Shown piece after piece: positions 11,750 through 19,837 of a DNA stretch of 21,810 nucleotides; position 1 is the first letter of the stretch, and every line of letters starts with the position of its first letter. The stretch is from positions 1-21,810 of the forward strand of contig JADGIF010000087.1 of the NCBI GenBank assembly GCA_018985225.1, given 5' to 3'. Source of the stretch: Amoeboradix gromovi X-113. Lineage: Eukaryota; Fungi; Sanchytriomycota. Under the pieces are notes generated by a model that saw nothing but the letters and a program-made list of their open reading frames with translations, searched no databases and had not been told where the DNA came from. The translations under genes were made by a program, and so were the position numbers.

Positions 11750-12288
11750 AAACAGCTTGACTATTTTCTTGAATAAATCATTTATCGCGAATTTGTACGC
11801 ATTTTTGTATAATTTCAAGGCTTTTCCAGATTTTTTTAATAGCCTAAATACTCGAAATTATTTTCGCAAATGGTAAGTCAATTCTAAAGAAATAACTAAT
11901 AGGTACAGCATACATTCGTCTCAGACTGATAAGCTGGTCCAAACACGAAAATTCGATGCCATGTACAATATAAGGCACTCTAAAGAAAACCAAGTTGGAG
12001 AGCTATTCATGTACATGGACCAGATGGCATCAAGGAACAAATTCGATGCCATGTACGAGGTATGGTACTTTAAAGAAAACCAACTTAGAAACCTGAACCT
12101 GTACAAAGTGTCGTTTGAAGATAGAGACCATATGGCAGCAAGGGACATATACATCAATTATCTGCATCCTCATTCAATCCCGCCTAAGGGTAGTGCAAGC
12201 GTGAGCAATCACTGCAACGGAGAAACTAGCATTAGTTTCTCTGTGGAAATTCTCGATTTTCTCGGAAATCAGGACTTTTAACGAGTAC
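11750..12288. repeat. Copy C of the dispersed intergenic repeat family (probable pseudogene or mobile-element remnant)
   Basis: 11883-11917 matches 21295-21329 at 33/35 nt, and 12265-12288 matches 21611-21634 at 23/24 nt. The blocks are collinear and separated by indels. Confidence 0.85.
11949..12105. repeat. Diverged tandem duplication with a 90-nt period
   Basis: aaattcgatgccatgtac occurs at 11949 and 12039; taaagaaaaccaa occurs at 11981 and 12071. Confidence 0.85.
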
Positions 12289-12509
12289 TAATTTGAGCCC
12301 AATCTGTGGACCAATCATAAGAAGAGAGAATGTGAAGAAACCAGGTCATTTAGCAATTCTGACGCACAGAAAGCCCTTTGACAACTGCAAAGAAGATCCG
12401 GTAAAAGATCTGATACGTTTAAAAACAACCTACTTAGCCTAGAGAACCTAAATTTATTGAAGAGGTGTCATTTTACAACACCATTAGGTCAGAAACAGTT
12501 TCAACTATA

Positions 12510-14393
12510 ATGGATCAAATATTTCAAGATACATTTTCAATTATAGCAGAACTACAAACTATAGCATCAGAAAAAGGTTCAAAAACCTTTAAAAATGCAT
12601 ATGTTGGATCGGATGGACAGACAGAGTTTAAGAACGAATATGCCGCAACAGACACGGCTACCGAGAGAAAAATACCGATTATTTTGAGTATGGGGAATCT
12701 TAGAATGTCTGCAAGAGGATCAATTGAAAACTTTAACAGCCCTGAATCTCTTAAAATTGAAAATGAACAAACTAGACTAAAGAAGATCAACCCCCCAGAA
12801 GTTTTAATTCGAAAATTAGATTCTATGATTATGGACAGTCCGATCAAGAGCGCGGAAGATTACAATAATGACCCAAAATTTGAGGTAATTATTTCAGAAA
12901 ACAAGGATTTGCAGTCGGGGAACTTGAAAAAGTCCAAGTCTTCTAGTTTAGATGAGTTGAAGAAACTCAGTTTGCGAAAGATTAAAGGCACATTCATGTC
13001 AAATGTGAAGTCGCCACTGAAAGCTCAGGTCGAGCAAAAAAGCCGAAATCAAAAAATTAATCGTTCTGACACGCTGGTTATAGCAAACCCTACCCTGTCT
13101 AACCTTTCAGGTAATATCCTATTGTCCAGGGATCCAACACATATGAATAACATAAACATAGATGCAGAGAGAGATAAAAGCTTTAAAGTCCCAGAAACTG
13201 ATACAACGGTAAGTTCAGTTGATATGCAGGCGCACGCTCGGAAAACTGAACTACTTAGTCCTTCAAAAACACCTAAACTTACTGAGTTAATGATTCAACA
13301 GTTCGAGGATCAGAAAAACCTAATTCATAACCGTCGAATGACTGACTACAAAGGCCCACAGTACCCGTGGAACAATTTGTTTGACCTAGAACCACAACAC
13401 TTCATAGGTGATATTGACAAATATATAAAGTACATAACACAGTACATCGCTTCACCGCAGTTAACGACGAAAAAGTCAGATATTGATGTAAAAAAGCCAT
13501 ATCAAGGATTTTGGTTTTTGTTAAACATATGCAAATTCCCTGCAGAGGCTTTTCCAATAAGACTTTTAACAACAAAAGACATAAACCCGGAGATTAAAAG
13601 ACACCTACTCAAGGATAATGCGGTCTATACATCGTTTAACTTTCTGCTAACCAAAATTGGACCTTTTTTACCTAATAGAGAGACGTGGACATGGATTTGT
13701 TATGCAATTCCTGTACAACCGAGTCACGGATTCGATATAGATACAATCTTAAGTGACCCCTTGCCATTTATAGTAGCTGCGAAGGAATTCAACTTGCCGG
13801 AAATGAAAGATTTATATAAGCTGCTAGACCTAAATGGCAGCAGTTTCGGATTAATAAGCTACATCACTTTGGATATATCTGTCTTTGATATAAAGCATGC
13901 GTATTATCCTCTGGTGCATGACTTCATAGAAGCTAACGTTTATTATTGGATGAACAAAGTATGGCTTCCAATCTTGAAACTTAAACATGAAAAATGGCTC
14001 GATGGATTTTGTGATGAGATTACCAAAGTAGCGATCCCATATATAATTCACAGATTTTTTAGAGTTATAAACTCTAGGTACGGACTGCTGTTTCTTAAAA
14101 ACATCATATTTAACTTTTGCATCAACCCTACATACAATACCTCAAAAACTGCCGTCCCTGATATGACAGAGGGAAATAAAAAGAAACTGAATTCGGCTAT
14201 AGAAAAGTTGCTAAGATCTAGTATGACTTCCAATTACATACCTAAACTTAATGATAGCAGTTTTACTTTTAAACTTGCGTCACAAGAGATCACCGATATT
14301 GTTAAAAACTTTAATTTCATTAAGTACAGTAGACTAGTCGAAACCTCCTTGGTAATAGAAACACTGGCATTGCAACATTTTTATGATCAATAG
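12510..14393 (+). CDS. Hypothetical protein (~627 aa) with a low-complexity N-terminal half and possibly degenerate RGS-like helical domains
   Basis: Long ORF with first ATG at 12510. Segments IDTILSDPL, VYYWMNKVWLP, FFRVINSRYGLLFLKN and FKLASQEITDIVKNFNFIKY loosely resemble RGS terminal helices. The domain call is weak. Confidence 0.7.
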   Translation: MDQIFQDTFSIIAELQTIASEKGSKTFKNAYVGSDGQTEFKNEYAATDTATERKIPIILSMGNLRMSARGSIENFNSPESLKIENEQTRLKKINPPEVLIRKLDSMIMDSPIKSAEDYNNDPKFEVIISENKDLQSGNLKKSKSSSLDELKKLSLRKIKGTFMSNVKSPLKAQVEQKSRNQKINRSDTLVIANPTLSNLSGNILLSRDPTHMNNINIDAERDKSFKVPETDTTVSSVDMQAHARKTELLSPSKTPKLTELMIQQFEDQKNLIHNRRMTDYKGPQYPWNNLFDLEPQHFIGDIDKYIKYITQYIASPQLTTKKSDIDVKKPYQGFWFLLNICKFPAEAFPIRLLTTKDINPEIKRHLLKDNAVYTSFNFLLTKIGPFLPNRETWTWICYAIPVQPSHGFDIDTILSDPLPFIVAAKEFNLPEMKDLYKLLDLNGSSFGLISYITLDISVFDIKHAYYPLVHDFIEANVYYWMNKVWLPILKLKHEKWLDGFCDEITKVAIPYIIHRFFRVINSRYGLLFLKNIIFNFCINPTYNTSKTAVPDMTEGNKKKLNSAIEKLLRSSMTSNYIPKLNDSSFTFKLASQEITDIVKNFNFIKYSRLVETSLVIETLALQHFYDQ

Positions 14394-14405
14394 ACTTATT
14401 TTGTT

Positions 14406-16152
14406 TTACTTTTTTTTCTTTTTTGCTTTCATTTCGCCGCTTGCCAGGTCTGACTTTGAGGCCAACTTCTTTTTCTTTCCATCTGGGATAGAAATCAGTT
14501 TAATAATACGATCCCCAGTTTTGTAGCCTAGCATATCATTTACCAATTCACCTACAAAATGCACAATGAAGTTTCCCTTTCTTTCTAGTTGCAACTTGTC
14601 TCCAATTTTTAAATTTTTAAATTCAAATACACCCACAGCACTTGTCTTAGTTAGTTTAAAATACCAAAAATTGAGTCTTTTCTGAGAGAATATCTTCGAT
14701 ATTGTCATTTTCTTCTGGCTTAGGCTTGTTTATTAAATAATCAAAATCAGTCAAAACTAGGTTTTCCAGCTGATACTCTGAAGATTTAGCAAGCCAAGTC
14801 AACTTCTTTGTTTTCTTATAGTCACCTCCCAGGTTTATTCGACCTTTTAATTTGATTATCGAGTTATTGTCCTTAACAATCTCTAGAATTTTAACGTTAC
14901 CCCAATTCATCAAAGTGACTTCTTCGTCTAGAACTAACAATTCAGCATCGACGTATTCAACATAAACTACATTTGTGTATGGCACCTTACGATGACCCAA
15001 AGATTCATTCTTTTGATGATTTAAATGCAGCTTAACAAATGCGGCAGTTTTGGGATTGCCCAAGTCTTCGCTAGACTCAGGATCGGCTAGTAGCTCTAAT
15101 TCAACTAAGGGCTTAGATGTTTCTAAAGCAGTTAGTCTTCCAACGTTGGCATCAATGATCTTTTTATTTAAAGACCAAATCTTGTCCCATTCGCACAAGT
15201 TGTTTTTGCTTGAGTTGCCTTGCATTAATATAAATGTTTTCAGTCCTTCCACGGTCATTCCTCTGTTAATTATCCCTTGGACAGTTGGAAATCTTGGATC
15301 AAACCAAGATTCCACTCTTTTTGTGTCAACAAACCACTGCAATTTACGCTTTGATAACAGAGTATATACAAAGTTTAGTCTAGAAAAGTCAGATATACTT
15401 ACAGGTCTTAATTCTAGCTTTTCAATAAACCACTGGTATTGAGGTGCTCTATCTCTATACTCATTCGTTCTCATAGCATGTGTTACTCCCTCAATGCTAT
15501 CGACAACAGGGCAAGCAAAGTCGTATGTGGGATACACTTTAAACTTATCTTTAGTCTGATGATGCGGTGTAGTGTTGCACCTGTAGATTACAGGATCTCT
15601 TAAACATTTGTTGTTATCATCTATAGAAATTTTAGCACGTAAACAGCAAGTCAAACCATACTCTGTGGCTCTTTTCATCTCATCAAAGTCGCTAAAATTC
15701 TTTTCCAACGACTTGTCTCGACATCTGCTAGCAATACCCTTCATTCTCTGATGCCTCATATCTTCTATCGAAGTGTCATCAACATAAGCCAGATCCAATT
15801 TTATTAGCTTCTCTGCGTAGTCGAGTAAAACTGAGAAATGATCGCTGGTGTGCGAAGTTTTGAAAGGAATAATTCCAAGAGTTTTGCAATCCTGCAAAAT
15901 GGCGTCCTCATAGTCCTGCTTTTCTTTTGTTGGATTAGTGTCATCCATTCTAATTAGTAGCTTACCGTTGTACCTTTTTGCAAAATAGTCGTTTATTAAT
16001 GCTGCCTTTACATGGCCAATATGCATATATCCACTTGGTTCCGGCGGGAAGCGAGTTACGACTTTTCCGTCCTCTGCATTTGCTAGATTAAGCTGCTTTT
16101 CAATTTCGTTATTGTACTGATCAAGACAAGTAAAATCCCATTGAGAATTCAT
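14406..16152 (-). CDS. GUS1: Cytosolic glutamyl-tRNA synthetase (exons 16152-14665, 14645-14406; ~575 aa)
   Basis: VVTRFPPEPSGYMHIGH, RMDDTNP, YPTYDFACP, DSIEGVTHAMRT, LLSKRKL, DPRFPTV. The spliced C-terminus carries GDKLQLERKG and SIPDG. Confidence 0.96.
14646..14664 (-). other. 19-nt spliceosomal intron (phase 0) in GluRS
   Basis: Minus-strand GTATTTTAAACTAACTAAG contains a canonical ACTAAC branch motif. Splicing gives TQFLTSAVG, in register with fungal GluRS. Confidence 0.9.
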
Positions 16153-16176
16153 TTTGTACCAAGGAGTTCTGGGGTG
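16153..16176. promoter_or_regulatory. 24-bp gap between the divergent GluRS and URA5 start codons
   Basis: CAT at 16150-16152 and ATG at 16177-16179 are the first in-frame ATGs of the two ORFs. Promoter function is inferred. Confidence 0.5.
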
Positions 16177-16785
16177 ATGCAAAATAATTTGATTAAAGAA
16201 TGCATTGAAAACAATTGTTTATTATTCGGAGACTTCACTTTGAAGTCGGGTAAAAAGTCTTCTTTTTTTTTCAATGCCACGTTTGACAATGGAAGATTAC
16301 TCTACTTAATAGCTGAAGCCTATGCAGATCATTTATATACTATTTTGAAAGCCGATTTGAGTAACTATACTCTTTTTGGTGCTGCATATAAAGGGATTCC
16401 TTTAGTTAGTGCAATTGGTTCACTATTGTATTCAAAACACAAAATCATCTGTAACATTGTCTTCAACCGCAAGGAAAAGAAAGATCACGGTGAAGGTGGT
16501 AATTTTGTTGGTAAAATTCTATGTGATAAGCTAATCGTAATAGACGATGTACTAACAAAAGGTACTGCCCTGCATCAAGTTATTACAATGATAAAGCAAG
16601 AATTTCCAGCTGTAAAAATAGATAGGGCATTAATTCTTTTGGATAGAATGGAAGTAGTAAAATCTACAACTGCAAAGGAAATTTTAGTTAGAGAGACTGG
16701 CATAAAAATAGATTCTTTGATCTGTTTGAAAGACATTATTCAGTATCTTAAGGATACCAATAAGGACACAAATCTCTTAGAATAA
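16177..16785 (+). CDS. URA5: Orotate phosphoribosyltransferase, monofunctional (~202 aa)
   Basis: FGDFTLKSG, FFN, LFGAAYKGIPL, FNRKEKKDHGEGG and the PRPP-binding motif IVIDDVLTKGT. Confidence 0.95.
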   Translation: MQNNLIKECIENNCLLFGDFTLKSGKKSSFFFNATFDNGRLLYLIAEAYADHLYTILKADLSNYTLFGAAYKGIPLVSAIGSLLYSKHKIICNIVFNRKEKKDHGEGGNFVGKILCDKLIVIDDVLTKGTALHQVITMIKQEFPAVKIDRALILLDRMEVVKSTTAKEILVRETGIKIDSLICLKDIIQYLKDTNKDTNLLE

Positions 16786-16822
16786 ACTTTTTCTTTGTCA
16801 ATTTTTTGTCACATTCTCCACA

Positions 16823-17851
16823 ATGTCACTCAAACACATTTTGGCTGAAAAACAGTTAAGTTCTCTGTTGCTGACATTAAATAGACCCGAAAAACTGAAC
16901 TCTTTAACCACCGACATGGTTATACAGTTGAAGTCCTATTTTGAGACATCTGGATTGAAGATTTTGCAGAGTCTTAACCCAAAAGCATTTTGTGCGGGTG
17001 GCGATGTGGTTGGTCTATTGAAGGATCCAAATCTAGGTCTTAATTTCTTTAAGCAAGAATATAAAATGAATCTGGCACTACACAACAGAAAGCAACTTAT
17101 GGATGTTGTTTGCATTGTGAACGGCATATGTTTTGGTGGCGGTGTAGGCATTAGTGCTCACGCGCCTTATGTCGTGATATCTGAAAATGTAAAGTACGCT
17201 ATGCCTGAGACTAAAATAGGTCTGCACCCAGATGTTGGCGGCAGTTTCTTTCTAAACAGATTGAAATCTGGAACCGGTTTGTTACTTGGTTTGACAGGGA
17301 AAATCGTTACCTCGCCTTGGCTATTGCGCGAAATAGGATATGCAAACTTTTATGTTCCATCACAAAGAATCCCCCATCTTGTGAAGGAGCTCGGCAATAT
17401 AACAGATCTAGAAGTAGTCCCAGATGTTATCGGCGAATTCGCGGAGACACCAGAGCCTCAGCCAGGCGACTCAAAAATATTGGAAGTTGCGAATGATTGC
17501 TTTTTAAATAACTCTTTGTTTGAAATATTTGACGCGTTGGAAGAAAAGGATAACTGCTCACTTTGTCAAGAGTTGCTCTTAAGTTTGAAAGCTGCATCCC
17601 CTCTGTCATTGCATTTGACTCACCGATTATATAACTTGAAAGCAGAAACCCTACCAGAAGCACTGAGAAATGAGTACCGAGTGTCTAGTAGATTACTTGG
17701 AAACCAAACTGATTTCCATATTGGCGTAGAGAGTCTTTTGATTAAAAAGTCTAAAGACCCAGTGAAATGGACCCACAACTCAATTGAAGATGTAACCACT
17801 GCAGAAATTGATGAATATTTTCAGCCATTAAAAGAAGAATGGCATCCGTGA
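16823..17851 (+). CDS. EHD3: 3-hydroxyisobutyryl-CoA hydrolase (crotonase family, HIBCH/Ehd3-like)
   Basis: LNRPEKLNSL, AFCAGGDV, FFKQEY, GICFGGGVG, AMPETKIGLHPDVG, SPLSL, DFHIGV...W. Confidence 0.92.
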   Translation: MSLKHILAEKQLSSLLLTLNRPEKLNSLTTDMVIQLKSYFETSGLKILQSLNPKAFCAGGDVVGLLKDPNLGLNFFKQEYKMNLALHNRKQLMDVVCIVNGICFGGGVGISAHAPYVVISENVKYAMPETKIGLHPDVGGSFFLNRLKSGTGLLLGLTGKIVTSPWLLREIGYANFYVPSQRIPHLVKELGNITDLEVVPDVIGEFAETPEPQPGDSKILEVANDCFLNNSLFEIFDALEEKDNCSLCQELLLSLKAASPLSLHLTHRLYNLKAETLPEALRNEYRVSSRLLGNQTDFHIGVESLLIKKSKDPVKWTHNSIEDVTTAEIDEYFQPLKEEWHP

Positions 17852-17871
17852 ATAGATCAATAAATTTACTT

Positions 17872-18771
17872 CTATGACAGGAAAAATTTTCTACGATCCA
17901 CTTGCATCTTTGGATGCCATTTAAACTCAACCTCTGCATCGTGGTCAAAAAGCCCTTTCTTCAGCCATCGTAACTTTAGAGAAAACCGAGGACCGATCTC
18001 TTGCAATCTTGATTTACCATTATCAAACATATATCTATGTCGCCTAAAGAAAATAAAATCTCGCTGATTATGAAAAGTACAAACTTGACGGCCATCAAAC
18101 TCGGGTAATTTAGGAAATAAACAAGCAAAAAATCTTCCGATTGTACGACCAAGCCTAGAATCAAAGTTATTTAAGATCAATTCAGGCTGATGAGCTGTAC
18201 TTCTGCCATGGTTGTGAATTTCTTTCGATAAGACAGGATTAGTCAATCTAAAAAATGCAGTAGGACCTTCTGGAAGATGAATAATTGTAAGATAATCAGG
18301 AATTTTGTTATTTTCGTTAATTATAATTATATCAGAGAAATTTCTCGAATTGCAGAATGTCACAATTTCTTTTACATCATATTGCTTTCTCTTAACAAAT
18401 TGACAATTTGGAAAAATGTCAGAAAATTCGTGGACAAAGTCATATATCTTACCAGAAGGGTTTCTGGATGTGGTTAGTAAGATTTTAGTTTCAGCATTCT
18501 CTGCTTTAAAAAATTCAGCAAACTCATCTTGGTCCTCCTCCAAGATGACCTCTTCATCATCTACATTTACAGTCTCGTTGGGGATTCTACTGTTCTCGAT
18601 AGTGATAGGGATGTTAGCTTTTAGTCTCTCCTCAAGTAACTGTGGATTTTCATTTTCCTCATTGCGTCGCAACTTGATCATCTTCTTTTTCTCTTTGAGC
18701 ATCTCCTTGGCTCTACGCTTAACGGCACTGTACCTTCTAACTTTGTTCTTAATATCATGATAATCAGACAT
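17872..18771 (-). CDS. RPF1: Ribosome production factor 1 (Brix domain; ~299 aa)
   Basis: IKNKVRR, NIPITIENSR, KILLTTS, HLPEGPTA, HQPELILNNF, GRQVCTFHNQRDFIFFRRHRY, LQEIGPRFSLKL. First ATG is at 18771. Confidence 0.95.
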   Translation of the reverse strand: MSDYHDIKNKVRRYSAVKRRAKEMLKEKKKMIKLRRNEENENPQLLEERLKANIPITIENSRIPNETVNVDDEEVILEEDQDEFAEFFKAENAETKILLTTSRNPSGKIYDFVHEFSDIFPNCQFVKRKQYDVKEIVTFCNSRNFSDIIIINENNKIPDYLTIIHLPEGPTAFFRLTNPVLSKEIHNHGRSTAHQPELILNNFDSRLGRTIGRFFACLFPKLPEFDGRQVCTFHNQRDFIFFRRHRYMFDNGKSRLQEIGPRFSLKLRWLKKGLFDHDAEVEFKWHPKMQVDRRKFFLS

Positions 18772-19157
18772 CAATGTTGTTTGCAATTCCTCGTTTTGTC
18801 CTGACGAGTGGGACAATGCTCTGTCAAAAGTATATCAAGGGGTAAAAGAAAGAGATACTACACCAACATTGAAATCATCGAAATCATCGAAACCACCAGT
18901 CGATTCAATTAACAGCAGTTCCAACGTTTTAATTGCAAATAAGATATGCGATTGTGAAAGAACTTTGCAGAGTTCTTTGCTTGGTTATTGCAGTTATACT
19001 TGGCCTAAAGAGTATTGCATCATGGTGAAAAAGAAACTACTGTGTTTACTGGCATAAACGCATTGGTGTTGCTTATCCTAGAAAGTAATACTTCTAAATT
19101 ATCTTATAGCTTACATGGGACTGATGGCTGGTATAGTAGAATTCAGTGATCTCTTAA

Positions 19158-19237
19158 GCTCAGGGTTGTATCAGCATACCTACTGTGACGTAGAGTGGAC
19201 TAAGGTGTGAATTCGTGGTACATAAATCCTCAATTCA
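19158..19237. repeat. Highly decayed copy D of the dispersed intergenic repeat family
   Basis: ctcagggt...agc...actgtgacg...acta...aaatcctcaatt is collinear with 21527-21605. Identity is low. Confidence 0.45.
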
Positions 19238-19432
19238 TAAGAAGTCTGTTGAGCAACGTTGAAAGACTTGGAAGGCAGAGGAGAGATTTGTCAACCAACA
19301 GCGTTGATGGTGGATATCAGATATTTACACTCTACTACATCTACTTTTGAGACATCTGTTTTGGACTCGTTTTCTAGTTTTTATCAAATCTAGTTTGCAA
19401 ATCAAATACGGAGACAATTCCATACAAGAGGA

Positions 19433-19759
19433 ATGTCTCTAGCAGGACCAAAAAGAAAACAAAAAATAACGGCAGATCCAAACAACAAAAGCTGGACTGT
19501 GAAATCTTCGGTTGCATACAAATATTTAAGAAAGTATGACATAAAGCAAATGAAGTCAAAGCCCGTTCAAATGAGAAAGAAATTGAATACAGATGGTATA
19601 GGTCACCAGTTGCATAAGGAAACTAGCTGCTATTTGGCCGATCTTGATGCCTTGTTTTCAAAGAAGTCTCAAACCCAAAACAAAAATGGAATGAATGTTC
19701 AAAAATTATCAATACAGGCTTACTTCGATCGAAAGAAGAGAGGAATAGTGGCTCTCTAA
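19433..19759 (+). CDS. PXR1: Miniature Pxr1/Gno1/PINX1-like protein with a degenerate G-patch (108 aa)
   Basis: The N-terminus MSLAGPKRKQKITADPNNKSW is characteristic of PINX1/Pxr1. It also has KKLNTDGIG (G-patch end) and SIQAYF (PINX1 IQEYF-like). Confidence 0.75.
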   Translation: MSLAGPKRKQKITADPNNKSWTVKSSVAYKYLRKYDIKQMKSKPVQMRKKLNTDGIGHQLHKETSCYLADLDALFSKKSQTQNKNGMNVQKLSIQAYFDRKKRGIVAL

Positions 19760-19837
19760 ATAAATATAGATGTTTTATATGATTTATTCTTCTCTAGTGG
19801 CGAGAGGTTTTAGTGCAAAGGAGGGAACATCTAAAAT

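Noticed and set aside
11870-11902. ATG followed by gtaagt as a first exon and intron for ORF 11961-12281
   Set aside because: Candidate acceptors (17 or 30 nt) do not match the 19-20 nt consensus and do not join the downstream frame.
11961-12281. Calling this ORF an RGS-domain gene (AARDIYINYLHPHS)
   Set aside because: The resemblance covers one helix only. The sequence belongs to a repeat family whose other copies are frameshifted, and its coding strand is ambiguous.
12465-12487. 23-nt GT-AG intron extending the 12510 gene upstream
   Set aside because: It lacks GTA and the TAA at -8, and the upstream frame hits a stop with no ATG.
2923-14664. Alternative genetic code, programmed frameshifting or pseudogenisation as the cause of the split ORFs
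   Set aside because: Each break needs removal of 19-20 nt bounded by GT-AG with a shared motif. TAA, TAG and TGA all terminate conserved or long ORFs, so the standard code fits.
16141-16182. True coding overlap between GluRS and URA5 as drawn in the ORF track
   Set aside because: It arises from TTG starts. With eukaryotic ATG starts (16152 and 16177) the CDSs do not overlap.
18871-18897. 9-nt tandem repeat gaaatcatc and ORF 18869-19057
   Set aside because: Only 2-3 short units, a non-ATG ORF start and no recognisable features.
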